This document shows positions 25,527 through 38,726 of a stretch of 64,000 bases of DNA, piece by piece. The DNA is from Lytechinus pictus (Eukaryota). Position numbers and translations under genes: made by a program. The DNA lies in NCBI RefSeq assembly GCF_037042905.1, contig NC_087263.1:11720001-11784000 (forward strand), given 5' to 3'. The notes under the pieces were generated by a model, which was not told where the DNA came from, did not search any database, and saw nothing but the letters and a program-made list of their open reading frames with translations. The stretch's first letter is position 1. Each line of letters opens with the position of its first letter.

Positions 25527-26618
25527 ATGGCTACGACGCAAATAGTTGAGCAAGTCATTTACATAACAATGAATGAAAGTGCCGTTACAGAACTCTTACC
25601 ACCTCTGGCGAACTCGTCATCGAACACGACTTCTGCTGGGACGACGCACGAGGCAAAACTTGACGTCTGGGTGGTCGTGCTCGAGTTCATCCTCGGCATC
25701 ATCGGAATCGTAGGAAACTCGCTGGTCTGCATCATCATATGGAGGGCAAAGTTCCTCCACAATTTCACCAACTACCTCATTCTGAGTCTAGCCTTCGCTG
25801 ATCTCGTCGCTAGCCTGAGTTTAGTGTGTAACGTGTTCGTGCTCGAAGCCCAACTAGGCAGGACACCAGCGAACGATATTGCCGCTGAGCTGTACTGCAG
25901 ACTCTACTCCAGTCGTTTCTTGTTCTGGACCAGCGTCACAGCTTCGGTCTTTAATCTTGTAGTCGTGACATATGAACGTTTTCTTGCCATCGTGTACCCG
26001 TTACACTACCCACTGTACTTTACTGAGAGAAAAGTTGGCATGCTCATAGCTGGAACGTGGATATTTGCTCTATTACAAGAAGTATTCGCCTTTTTCGTTA
26101 ACTATTACGACAGGATCAGCCAAACTTGCGGCTACGGCTACCCCACAGAAGCTGGACGTATATTCGTGGGAGTGCTTGTGTTTCTTCTTTCCTATTTCTT
26201 ACCGCTTGTTGTCATGATATGGGCCTACTACAAGATCATGCACAATTTGAAACGAGGCGCGCAACATTCGTCTGCGGGAGGAGGTCTCAATAACCGCGGT
26301 GACCCCGCCATCTTGCGCGCGCGTCGCAAAGTAGTTTACGTACTCTTTACTGTCGTCATCGCGTTTGTCGTGTTATGGAGTCCAAATCAGCTTGTATATC
26401 TCTTTGAAAACTTTGGTGTGATAATCGTCTCAACAGACCATACCCTTTACAAAGTATTTCGTCTCATGGCGTTCTCAAACTCTGTCATCAATCCCATTAT
26501 CTATGCGTTTAAATACAAGCAGTTTCGGAAGGGGTTTCGAGTGGCGATTATGTGTCTTTGTACGTCGAACCACATTCATGACGGGCAAGCTGCGACCACG
26601 GAACTGTCCAATTCATGA
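25527..26618 (+). CDS. Class A (rhodopsin-like) 7TM GPCR, peptide-receptor-like (galanin/allatostatin-A receptor-like) orphan; intronless CDS, 363 aa
   Basis: Seven hydrophobic segments. Motifs GN (TM1), SLAFAD (TM2), C and ERF (TM3), W (TM4), FLP (TM5), FVVLWSP (TM6), NPIIY (TM7) and FRKGF (helix 8). N-terminal N-glycosylation sequons and a good Kozak context (GGCATGG). The subfamily call is tentative. Confidence 0.95.
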   Translation: MATTQIVEQVIYITMNESAVTELLPPLANSSSNTTSAGTTHEAKLDVWVVVLEFILGIIGIVGNSLVCIIIWRAKFLHNFTNYLILSLAFADLVASLSLVCNVFVLEAQLGRTPANDIAAELYCRLYSSRFLFWTSVTASVFNLVVVTYERFLAIVYPLHYPLYFTERKVGMLIAGTWIFALLQEVFAFFVNYYDRISQTCGYGYPTEAGRIFVGVLVFLLSYFLPLVVMIWAYYKIMHNLKRGAQHSSAGGGLNNRGDPAILRARRKVVYVLFTVVIAFVVLWSPNQLVYLFENFGVIIVSTDHTLYKVFRLMAFSNSVINPIIYAFKYKQFRKGFRVAIMCLCTSNHIHDGQAATTELSNS

Positions 26619-26760
26619 CGTTTACAGACACTGATGTTAAGGATAAAAAGATGAGCTGCTAAGTACAAGAAGATGGACAATTCTATAGGAGAATGGAGGA
26701 AATACATGGGAATCTATCACATTTATATTTTTACTGATATTATATTGTAGTAATAGACAG

Positions 26761-26922
26761 CTGGGGAGCGTTTCATCAACATTTCTGTCAGCCAAGCTGT
26801 CAGATCTGACAGGTTTCCTTGAATTTGATTGGTCCAGAAGCACTGTTACTATGGTAACTGTCGGATAAAACAGGACTCGTCGGATAAAACATCCGACAAG
26901 TCCTTCATGAAAGGTTCCCCAG
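26761..26922. mobile_element. PIF/Harbinger-like MITE just downstream of the GPCR stop
   Basis: TIRs CTGGGGAGCGTTTCAT / ATGAAAGGTTCCCCAG. Confidence 0.7.
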
Positions 26923-27395
26923 TCTTCATAATCGTGAATTAAAATTTAGCTATTATCTAGGGTTGATTTTGAAATAGGCCTACATGTAAACTACAAAAAT
27001 AATCCACATAGACAGGCAAGATTTCATTCTTCTATATTTTTACTACACATTTATTTTACTTTGATATGTAGAATTCAAAAGTCACCTTATAGCACGATTT
27101 TCTTGATTTTACGAAAAGAAAAACAATGCACTCAAAAAAATAAAATCCACTAACCCGATACAAAATTGCTGTTACCATGGTTACTGATTGATTTATTTAA
27201 AAAACATTGCAATCGTCCATCTTCTTTGGCATTTTAATTAGCTTTATTTATTGAAGTATAGATTACTTTGATTTAATTTCGTATTTGAATGTAAAGATGA
27301 TGTTTTCTTACCTTGAACATTTAATGGAATTTCATGGATGTGTATTAATGAACTTTGAAATTTAAAGCATGACGGGCCCCTTGTACACTACACTC

Positions 27396-27631
27396 ACTGG
27401 TGGATCGGGGGGGGGGGGCACAGCCGGCCCGTGCCCCCAATTAAAATGTGTGATGTAAAATGCCGTTGAACAAAAGTGTCCCCCCCCCCCCCCCCATGAA
27501 AGTGAAGTCTTTTTTGGCTTGTCTTTTTTTCTGGACGAAATGTCCAAATTTTTGGGTTTAAAACCTTTTTTTTATTGCTTGTCGGGAAAATGTGACCCCT
27601 CCCCTCTTTAAAAAATCCTGGATCCGCCCCT
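27396..27631 (+). mobile_element. G/C-tract hAT-like MITE
   Basis: CACTGGTGGATCGGGG...CCTGGATCCGCCCCT ends. Homologous to 23880-24120. Confidence 0.7.
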
Positions 27632-28955
27632 CACTTTACTGCCTATTTGTGATCAATTTTTAGAGGAAAAAAATATGAAATAACATTTATTGCATTTTGA
27701 TATGCTAATTATAACCTGTTACATTTTAACGATCTACCTACCGAAGAGTGGTATCAATATAAACATTGAAACTCATATCAGGAATATTGCGAGCCTTCCC
27801 ATTGGAATAAAAAAAAATCGATCCAGAATCGAAGTGACGTCGTAGCAATCTTTTCATCGTTGCAGCGATTGAAACCGACAATGATTTTCTCAAACTACGG
27901 GACAAGCAATAAACCTGCATTTCGATTTTAGTATTCCTATCTGCCTTTACATCATCAAGTAAAACAATTGCACTTTTGTGAAATTCAATATTCATGCAAA
28001 ATGTGATTTAGAAAAAATAGGTTGCAGTCAGATTGTATATTGTTCTGCGGCGCCGAAAGGATTATTATTCACGACAGCATAAATCACAGGCAGATTACGC
28101 GATAGGCCTACAAATGTCATTTCTATTTTGAGTCACATTATATTCTTTAAAAAGATGCAATTCACGGTGATGCGTAAAAAGTTTCGTCTTTAAACAATAG
28201 TCACAGAGTAATGTATAAGTTTTATATAAGACTTTGTTAAGTCTTTGGCCCACTGGTTTTCGGGTTTCCCCATTCGTGTTGCCAAACGTTTTCAATATCT
28301 TATTGGCTGAAAAGTCGAACTATGTGATTGTGTCCGAGCTCAGATCAGTTGTTTTCAAACTCAGCTAGATGTATATTATCTGTATCTAAAAAAAAATCGT
28401 TACTTTGAATATTAAGCAGTGTTTTTTTATCCTTTCATGTCATAGGGTGTATTTTGTTCTGAAACATAGTCGTCCGTGGTTTCTACTTTAAGTTTTTTGC
28501 GATGTTCAAATCCATGGCATTAGAGGGGACCGTTGCAAAAAAGCTGCCTCGAAATTCATAGAAAAAAAAGATTCGCAAATTTAAAATTCACATTTGATTA
28601 GTTAAAATCGATTGATTGATGCGATTGATTTTTAAAGTTTCGTTTAATTGCTTTTTTTTTCAACCGTCTCTGATTAAATAATAGAAATCTTCGAATGATT
28701 GCCTTTGCAGTCAAGTTGGTGGCAATAAAACTAAAGAAGGCGATATGCTAATGACTGTTGCACTTAAGCGAATTTGATAGCAACGATTATCATCGTATAA
28801 AGTATAAGGGACTAGCATTGTGTATTTTACAGATGATTAGAATGTTAGGTATGAATTATTCATGTTCAAATCCATATTATTTCCATAATGGAGCAAATAC
28901 ACTTCATGTTTGTCCGTGTATATCAAAAACAACCAGGAAAATGTCGCACCCAACA

Positions 28956-29211
28956 ATAGAGTACCGAAGCGATGACGTCAGTTGCCATTGTGTCATGGCG
29001 GCCTGGTTCTAAAAACAAATGAACCCGCTGAATAAAAGCGTGTGTTTCTCGTAGGAGAAAATGGACTCTATCGGAATTTGATCGCTTGCAACCTATTTTT
29101 CAGACGAGCCAAAGTCACACAAATGTGTACAGACGATCGTCAGCTGCGACTCTGTTTAGAACCAGCCCGCCATGACACCATGGCAACTGACGTCACACTT
29201 CGGTATTCTAT
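28956..29211. mobile_element. Palindromic MITE with ~60-bp TIRs
   Basis: ATAGAGTACCGAAGCGATGACGTCAGTTGCCATTGTGTCATGGCGG...CCGCCATGACACCATGGCAACTGACGTCACACTTCGGTATTCTAT. Confidence 0.85.
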
Positions 29212-29587
29212 AGGAAGAATCAATTGGGCAATAATTATTGCTTTTCACCAAGCTTATTTTTGGTTGCTTGATGTATAAACCCACGCGTGAAAATATCAGG
29301 TCTGCTCAATAGAGAGTTTTCGCACCGATATGGAGAACTAATTTAGGAACACAGTAAATGTAATGGAAATGCCCGTCAAATGACAGTGAAAAACTGGGAG
29401 GACATTGTCGAAAATTTGTGAACTCACTGGAACAGCAGTTTCGTCCTAAGTTTCGGAGCTGAGAGAGAAATTGCGGATTTGATTCACAATTTTCGACAAA
29501 CCCGTCTTGGTTGTTCTTTGTCATAAGGACATTTGACATATTTTATGTTCTTGAAAGCGTTCTGCATCGCGATGCTAAAACTCTTTA

Positions 29588-29826
29588 CACTGCAAAAACT
29601 CTGGTGTTGATTTAACAGCCCAGAATATATATTTGTCCACACCAGAGAAGTGTTAAACAACAACAGTTTCGTTTTGATCTATCACCAGATAGGTGTTTAT
29701 ACAACACCAATTAGTCTTAAAATAGCATCGGTTTGATTCCAAACTGGTGCTGTTTCAATACTTTTCTGGTGTGGACATATATATATTCCGGGCTGGTGTT
29801 AAATCAACACCGGATTTTTTGCAGTG
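29588..29826. mobile_element. CACTG (EnSpm/CACTA-like) palindromic MITE, 2-bp TSD TA
   Basis: CACTGCAAAAA...TTTTTGCAGTG flanked by TA on both sides. Nearly identical to 42156-42397. Confidence 0.9.
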
Positions 29827-29839
29827 TAATGTCGTCTAA

Positions 29840-30158
29840 CGAAACCGATTCCAGACTGATGTAAACAATTACGCATTTCCAATAGTAGCCTTATAACATC
29901 AGTGGGTTTGCATTCGGTTCACCTTATTCAAGTCCGGTTAAACCGACTCGAAACCGATCAAAATGATAAGGCTATTTTTCAATGACGTACCATCGGTCGG
30001 TTTAGAGTCGGTTCTGCTGTTGCGAACTGCACCGCAACGCTAAAGTCACACCAATAAAACCGACTCGAGAACGACCAAACTCATTACGTTATTACCAGTG
30101 ACATACCATCGTTCGGTTTAGAGTCGGTTTCCTCGGTGTTACAGTGAAACAAGGCTTT
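29840..30158. mobile_element. MITE-like element with internal AACCGACTC/GAGTCGGTT repeats; relative at ~35334-35556
   Basis: Both loci share CGATTCCAGACTGAT, TTACGTTATTACCARTGACA and ATCGGTCGGTTTRGAGTCGGT. Confidence 0.6.
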
Positions 30159-30902
30159 GAAAGTGTCATTGCCAGAGTTGGAAAAAATAAGGAGGATGGT
30201 AGTCATGATGTGCTTAATAACTGTATATTTTGGTTGTAATGGGTATATGACTTGATGTGATACTATTTTGTGTTTGTTTGTTTGTTTTGATAGAGACCAT
30301 TTTGTACATAATATTCAAATTTGTTAAGATTTCAAATTATCCCGAAAACGAGGGATAAATATGTAAGCGGCTTGAGCTGTTTCACTGAAATTGCAAACGA
30401 TGAATCATGATTTAAAAAAGGAATTAAAAAAAATCGATGCACATAATTAAGTTTCCATTCGAGTTTGATTTAGCGTCTGGTGTTCAGTATATTCTACTTT
30501 CCTATTTATGATTTCGAATAATACAGCTTTTAAAATCATTTGAAAACCTGCCGGTAGATATGCAAATGGGGGGGTATTTGTATTGGCTTTGAAATTGGAT
30601 CTCATGCAGAAAAGAAGTAAAATGGATTGGATCACATAAATGTACTCATTCTCTGAAAAAACTAACCTGGGGAATGTTCAACAACAAAAATGCTTGCCTC
30701 TAGAAATTGCTCTAAGCCAATCGGATGCAACGATTTCGGTAGCTTACAACAATAGTCAATGAATCATGAAATACTCCCCGATGAAGACACTGGGTTGGGC
30801 TATTAGAAGGAACGTGTCAATGTCTTGGTTTGAAGAAAAAAAAATCAAATGATGTGCAAATTGTACACGATGTTTTATTTTTTAAATCAAACTGTACACA
30901 TG

Positions 30903-31141
30903 CACTGCAAAAAACGCCGGTGTTACTTTAACACCAGCCTGGTATCTATATCGGTCCACACGAAAGAGGTGTTGAATCAACACCGGTTTGGCGTTAGGGT
31001 ATACCAATTAGGCATTTAAGCACCAATTAGTATTAATACAATATCGGTGTGATTCTTACCGGTGTTGATTAAACACCTCTCTGGTTTGGACCGAAATAGA
31101 TACCAGTCTGGTGTTAAAGTAACACCGGCGTTTTTGCAGTA
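30903..31141. mobile_element. CACTG palindromic MITE subfamily, 2-bp TSD TG
   Basis: CACTGCAAAAAACGCCGGTGTTACTTTAACACCAG / CTGGTGTTAAAGTAACACCGGCGTTTTTGCAGTA, with TG on both flanks. Confidence 0.85.
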
Positions 31142-33103
31142 TGCATGAAACACGCTGTTAGTCTATAACACTCTACGCAACAACTTTTATTTATAGCCTT
31201 CAGTAAATTTATTTCAAAACACGGGGGGTATTAATAATCATGAACAATTTAATCAATTTGATAGACAGTCAATAAATGACAAAACACTTAAATGTAGAAC
31301 AAATAGTAAATAAACATTTTACAGTTGCCCCATGGACTTTACCTTTTGTACAGCTTGATAAACAAGCCAAATCACTTTCAGAATGATTTTATAATTTGGG
31401 TTATGCGATAGGAATTTTTAAAAATTATACTTCTCTATAGGTGTCACACCTGTAATTATTTCCCCATAGACACACGTGTTCATGTCCGACCATCAAAGGT
31501 ATTTTGACCTCTTCATTTAGAAATACATCATCATGAATCATGTTGTTGGAAAACACTCATTTCACTCATTCATCACCTGAAACAGTAAAATAGCCCCCAA
31601 CACTTCGGCCAATCAAATAGTTCCAAACGTTAAGTGGTATTTTGCCCCCACTTTGGCGAAGGAAGTTCAGTGATTGCACTTTCTAGAATCAGTGTTAGTT
31701 GGCGAATCACATGCACACAATTTTCTGGTCATTCAGCTACATTATATTATACATATATTGGGAGCCTTTTTAATATTTTTGCCATCTTGTTGCAAGTAGG
31801 CGTGCGAGACCTGTAAAACGTTTCTAGTATTATCATTACGATGGTAACCCTATGGCAGTTATATGAAGACCCTACATCTTGTTCTACATGATGAGCGAAC
31901 AGGTACATTCTGATAAAATTGACCAACGTCTTTGAAGATGTAAAGATTGAAAAATTATTTTAAATCGAATTAAAAATATATATTGATGCACATACTTTTT
32001 GTTTGCATTCAACTGTCAATTTGTATTTATTACTCTGATAATCAGTATATATATTTCGGTTTATCATGTTTTTTACGACATCGGTTTGAAAAGATATGCT
32101 GGCAAATGAGCATAAGTATATATCTATATATATATATATAATGGCAATTAATTATCAATTACTAATGAAGAGGAAAGTCCACATAGAAATTAAAATGGTT
32201 AGTTTTATCAATAATGCCTAATGTCCATTTAATACAGTCATGGTATGACGGAGGAGTATAGCTCTTCCTTGAGAGTACGTGATAGGCATCAAATATAACC
32301 AATGGCTACGTTTATTACGGCCTTTATTGTATTGGGAATACAGCCCCCCTACACTTTCTGCTCAGCCCCCACGCCCATACACTTTTAACACCCCCTCCCC
32401 CCCTCCTGCATCTGTAACATCAATAATATGCCTGTAACGATGTATGGGGGAAACGATGAACCGAGTTCTACACGAAGACAAAATTAATCATATTGACATC
32501 TGAATGTAGAACGATTGAAGAGTCATTGAGTATTTCCTGAATACTGTACAAGTGAATATATTGATTCTCACTCTTGCAAAGTATTGCATGATGAAATTGA
32601 TATGACCATAGCATTCAGAATGCTCGAATGATTAAAGGAAACCTGGGACCCCTGCATAAATAGTAAGAATCAATCACAACTCAAAAATCAAACACTAATT
32701 GACTTTCAATCAATCAGAAGCCTGGATTTGGGTTTGATCTTTTGGAGTCCGCCAATGTTTAAGCGAAACTAGGTAGTTTTCGCATTTACTACGGGGAAAC
32801 TCTCTACAACGTATATCGATTCCTTTGAGAATGCAATGAAAATCACAATGGAGAACTGAGAGGCTCTTGGTGGACTGGGACAGCATTTCATCCGAAGATT
32901 TGCACCGGACTGACAATATTGCAAATATGTCGTTGTCCAGAGTCAAGAGATTCCGATGCTGTCCCGATCAACCAACTTTCAACAAAAACCTCTCAGTTTT
33001 CCAGTGTGATTTGACCTGCATTTTGAAAGGAATTGGTGCGTTTTAGAGTTTCCCCATAGAAAATGCAAAAAGTTCGGCATTTTTTTTCCAACGTGCCCCT
33101 TTA

Positions 33104-33362
33104 GTCGGGAGGGGGGTGCATTCGGATACGGAAAGTGTATGGGTGTGCAGCCCCAAAATCTTAAACCATACCCTTAAGAACCAAAGTTACTTGAGGGTCT
33201 TCGAGAAGTGACGCCTGAAATTAGGGGCTTAGGAAAGGAGGTGGGTTGATCAATGAAAAATAGTGAAATCGGTAGGCTTGAGAATTGCTAGGCAGGCGTG
33301 AAAAGCGGGTCTTAAATGCCTCACGTATCAATCCTGCCATTATAAGTGAGTGTCCCCCGGGG
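33104..33362. mobile_element. Degenerate CCGGG/CCCGG-ended element related to 63150-63688
   Basis: CGGGAGGGGGTGCATTC...GAGTGTCCCCCGG termini and internal GGGTCTT/GGGGCTT motifs. Confidence 0.45.
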
Positions 33363-36300
33363 GCGTTTAGTATGCTTCACTTTTTACATGTTTTAGATAA
33401 ACCGTCCCCCTATCCCCCATTCCTCAAGAGAGTGCTCTTTCACAGTCACACCATCGAATGTGATACCAAACTCAACGATCATATGCCATTCGAAATAACG
33501 TAAACGTGTTGATCGGAATGGAATCGGTTTCGTTGGTGTGACGAGGCACCACATACGTGACAATGACGATGTTCGATGTGGTGTATGATACCACTTTTAA
33601 CCCATCTCACCACATCTCAACAGCAGAAGCCTGCATTCCTTACCAGTCATCTTCCCTCGAGAGATATGGCGCCAGTCTCGGAGAGGTGATAGCCTTTAGG
33701 TTGGCTGATTATTCTGGTATGCGGAATGATATTTACTATCGAATTTATTTCAAGCACAACTAAAACGTGGAATCAACGGTGTACATGTTGTAGTTAGGAC
33801 GTAACCAAAATCGAGTCACAAAGATTGAGTTACACTCTTTGAGGATTCACCTGATAAAAGATGACCTGTACATTTCTGACTCTTAAGGGGAAATGGCTTA
33901 AACGATGTGTAAAATATGTTAAGAAACTTACACATTACCAAAAGTGGTTTTATCAAATAAATATGATGGGCCTATCATTATAGAATTTAGTAGAACATCA
34001 TGAGATTCTCAGACAAATGTATACAGGATATCTTAAGAGCTCTTGGAATGCCGTTGGATAATGTACCACTTTAAAATATGCCACGAAACCTAAGATCATG
34101 AACATTAATATTCAAGTGTGGCTCGTATGGGGACCCAGACATGTCGAAGGCTCTTGAAGTTCATGAGAAGCATTTTGAAAGCCCTTCGAATGTACACGAA
34201 GACGAAAAGGATATTCAAATTCCCATCACATTCGGCTCGTACTGGCTCTGTATAGGCGTGATTGAGAAGATGTAACCGGCAATTTTTAATGAATTAATAA
34301 ATGAATAATGTTGCTATGCAGGAAAATAAATAATGAAAGTGATTGACAACACTCGTTTTCAAAACATATCAAATTAAATACAAGTGTGTCCATTCCACAC
34401 AACAAAATGTGTGTCCAATCCGCGTAACATAGCAAATTAAATTGGAAATAGAGATAGATGTATTCTATCTTCTTTTTAAGTTTACTTTTTTACTAAATGA
34501 CAGTTTTATTTGTTTTATTTCACCTACGAACTGGACCTACAGTACGCAAAAGTTGAAAATGCAACCGCAAAACTTTTTTTCTTCCTGACATGATCTTTCC
34601 TCAAAAACTCTTTTTTTTCATATGATAACTGTATAAACATAAAACTTAGAAAACATATTTGTTTTTTAATTTTTACTTTATATCTTAATACAATGGGCTG
34701 CATGTGGTGTATCAAAAGTTTTCAGACTTATTGAATCCTGAAAATCAATAGCCTGTGTCTTTTTGGTAAGAAGAAACATTCATATCGCATTCACAACCTT
34801 TTTTTTTATCTCCAACTTTCCAACCTTTATCAAAAACAACTTCCTTTTCAAACAACATTTATAGGTCGGTTCGTGCTTTTATTTACATGTAGTTCTTGCA
34901 AAGGGCTTGCAATACTTTTATGTTTGCTTCATCGCTTGATGTTTAAGATGGAACTTTATCAAACTACCGTACTTAAAGATATTTCGTTATAACCACAGGC
35001 CTAGAGACAGAGAGCATCAAAAAGAAAAGAAAAGGGAACTTCTTAGAAAAAGTACTTGATTTGATTTCACGGCAAGCAATTACACAGTTTGGTAATCAAT
35101 GCTATTCAAAAGAGGACTCAGCGTAAAAGATAACAAAGTGTTGCTTATTTAATCTTGTCTCTCATGTTACGTGGTAATCACTTCAAATGTAATCGAAATA
35201 TTCCATTTATTGATCGCCCTTATTCCAGAGCCATTTCATTAGCACACTCAACTGGGTTTAATTTATCGTGCCAAACCGTGCATGGTAGGTTAGGAGAAAT
35301 AACGCGTAATTGTGTCCCCCAATCCCAATTCTAATGCCGCGTTCACACTGCCGAGAACGATTCCAGACTGATCAAACCTCTCACGTTATTACCAATGACA
35401 GAATATCGGTCGGTTTGGAGTCGGTTATGATGGTGTGACCGAGCATTGTGCTACAGTCACACGACAGAAACCGACTCCAGCTATTACGTTATTACCAATG
35501 ACATGACATAACATCGGTCGGTTTGGAGTCGGTGATGTCGGTGTGATCGTAGCAATAAAGTATCAAAGTGAGCAAATGTTATCTTGAAAAGCGAGGGTGT
35601 GCGTGGGTAAATTGATAACACAAGTTTAGCCGCAAATGAGCACTTTAAATTGAAGCTATTCGGCAAGAATAGTTAAACTGGTAATATGCTTGCACTTCAT
35701 ACACTTTTTGTGAAATCACTTAGAATCAACAAATAATGTTCTTGCAGCATAAAACTGGTGAAGGAAATACGACAGCAATTGCAATGAACATTTTACCTAC
35801 CATGAAATAACGAGCATGCAAGTGAGGCAACTAATTATATTATTGCAACATTAAAGTGTTTAGAGGCGTCACAAATAAACTACAATAATCAAGCGGTTTT
35901 ATCTGCGATATTTCCTGCACTGAAATAGTTGGAAAGAAACTGGAGAACTTTTGTGGGTTTGGTTCGCGTAGTAACTTTGTTAAAATGTCGAAATTGTGCA
36001 TTACTGTTACCTATACAATAAAAACACAGAACGGAAAACTTATACTTTCCTAAATGCTGTTTACCTCAATAGAATTGGTAGACGATCCCGGAGACGATCA
36101 GGATCGTATCATTCGATACTTTCGCATCACATAGCTGGCTAATAGAACCCCCTTATTTCGCACGATTTGGTGTGCGTCACATCGAATAGTTGAATATGAA
36201 AAGTTCGTTATCAATAACTTCAATGAAGCATTTTACCAAAATCTGGTTTAATGCAATATAGCATTAAAACAGTGCACGTCCCCGTCCCCGCTTTGTCGGT

Positions 36301-36674
36301 GAAAGATGATTTTTGACACCTTACAACACGGTGTGTGACTGCTTGTGTGAATGATTGAGGGTTTGCGTCATCAAGTATGTGAGATGTAAGATGAATAGAG
36401 AAAGAGGAGGAGAAAGATAGGGGAAGGTCGGTGATACTATCTTCAATAACTGATAAGTACTCGTTTCCAAAACATATTGCATTGGGTATAATGGTATCCA
36501 ATCCGCGTATTATAGTCAAGACAGAAAGCCAATTTCCGTAATGATACGATAATAAGACGAATGTAGTTTTCGATTGCAGCTGATTCTAATTTTCTTACAA
36601 TGACAAAATCCACCCTAGATATACATGTAAGTTAATTGAAATCAACGAGTAAAATGAATAGCAATATATAGTGT

Positions 36675-36992
36675 ATTTTTTTCTTCTCCTTCTTCATGTT
36701 CTACTTGTTCTTCTTCATCATCATCATGAGCAGCATCATCACCACCATTGTCACCTTTCTTTTCAAAATCTCCTTCTCATTCATCTTCTACAAGGCCTAC
36801 TGCTTCTTCTTTGTTTGTTTCTTTCTTGTTTTTCTTCTTCTTCATCACCATCATTACGAATAATAATAACATTGTCATCATCATGATCAAGATTAACGTC
36901 ACAATCATCTTTATCATTAAATTATCGTCGTCGTCATCATCTTCTTCATCATCATTCTCGTCGTCGTCGTCATCTTCTTCGTCATCATCTTC
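36675..36992. repeat. (TCA/TCT/TCG)n microsatellite region
   Basis: Visible trinucleotide repeats. Confidence 0.9.
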
Positions 36993-38312
36993 AGTGGCGC
37001 TGATAAATTCTGATGAGACAAAGCCGCTGTGGGACAAACCGCCCAACTGCAGAGATCACAATATTCCACAGTGTGTTAACGATAGTGTGTATGTCATTTT
37101 CACATAGTCCACATGTGATCACATAGTCCACTGTGTGATCATACTGTGAACATCAACACTGTAGGTGTTTCCACAGTATGCAATCAGTTTTAATTCAATT
37201 CAATTAAATTCAAATAACCATTAATTTCTACCATTTTTCAGAAAATATATATATATATTGTTCAATATAAATTATACAAAATCATTTGTCATAAAAATAT
37301 AATTATATAACATAATTGTTAACAGAAGGAGGCATATTTCCCTGAAAGCAAAAACTTGTGACGGGGCACGCCTATTACACAAATACAATACAAAAACACA
37401 ATACGGGCAGAAAGAAAGAACGGCGACAAAAAGGCAAAGAAAAGAAAGAGAGGGGAAGGGTCAAGAGAGGGAGAACATGGAGAAGTGAGCGGTATAGCGG
37501 GCATGAATTATACCATGGACCTATTACAGATGGATACTCATCGAATAGTTAATGAATTCGCTAATATGTTACCGTCATTGTGATCTGAATTACATTCTCA
37601 TCATATTTTTCTACTTTCATCCTACCGCGTTCCGCCGTCAATATAGGCCATGAGTTGAAAGAAGCAGTTCGTGATCAGACATTGATATTGCACAAACTGT
37701 ATGCGCAGAAGATAATAAATCACTTAAATCCTAGAAAACCGATGTGCAGTTCTGGTTTTCCTTTGGCAATCTTAGTTCCATGTATTTTATTTGGGAAAAT
37801 GTATGCATATTTTAAGACTGAGTCAATATTGGGATTGATTGCCTATCATTTATAATCCTATTTTTCCGATATTCCTCCTAATATTCCAGAGATACATGGC
37901 TCATATCGTGTAGAGATCCTTTATCTCTGAATGTTATCAGGACATTATGTGCGTGCGGAAGTGTGCGGATCAAATAACAACATATTTTATGTCACAAAAT
38001 CGTCTGCTTCTTGTTTTTTGCTGCTTTAAATCTAAAGCATGTTAATGGAGAAGCATTTTTTCTAACAAAACGAAAAAACCAGGAAAGTTGTGCCTTTGTC
38101 AATAATCAGATAGGCCTAATTTGGTAGTCCCCATTGTATGTCGCCACATGTATGTTCTCATTTAGATGCACATAATCACTAGGCGGTGGATCTTGTTCGA
38201 TCAAAGAAATGATTGCGTTGAATGTCCATCTCTAATAGGTCCATGGTCCAACTAAAGTTGGTGTGGAAAGGGCAACAACAACGATTGCACTTAGTCAATA
38301 TCACCCCCCCCC

Positions 38313-38351
<39 letters not shown>

Positions 38352-38559
38352 TATTCATATATAAGATGGCATAATCATTTTCTTAACCTTATATATACTT
38401 AATATAAATCACTAACAAACGATTTTTTCATATATAATCAGGACGATCATGTCATATTTTAGGACCTGTATATTGGATATCCTGATGAAACATATTGTTT
38501 CTGTGTTTAGGAATATGTATTTGATTAGATGAACTGTTTATCTGAGTTTTTTTTTAATG

Positions 38560-38726
38560 TGTGAACACACTGTTAACACGCTTTGAATACGCTGTGAACA
38601 CACTTTGAATTAACTGTGAACACACTTTGAACTCACTGTGAACTCATTGTGAACTCACTGTAAATACACTTCGAACGCACTATGAACACACTGAGAACAC
38701 ACTAAACACACTGCGAACACGCTGTG
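38560..38726. repeat. 11-bp minisatellite (TGTGAACACAC)n
   Basis: About 15 degenerate units, cut off by CAGTGGCGTAGCTAGG, a hAT-like TIR. Confidence 0.85.

Noticed and set aside
25349..25549. 66-aa ORF overlapping the GPCR start
   Set aside because: It spans the polypyrimidine tract and acceptor, so it is most likely intron plus 5'UTR sequence.
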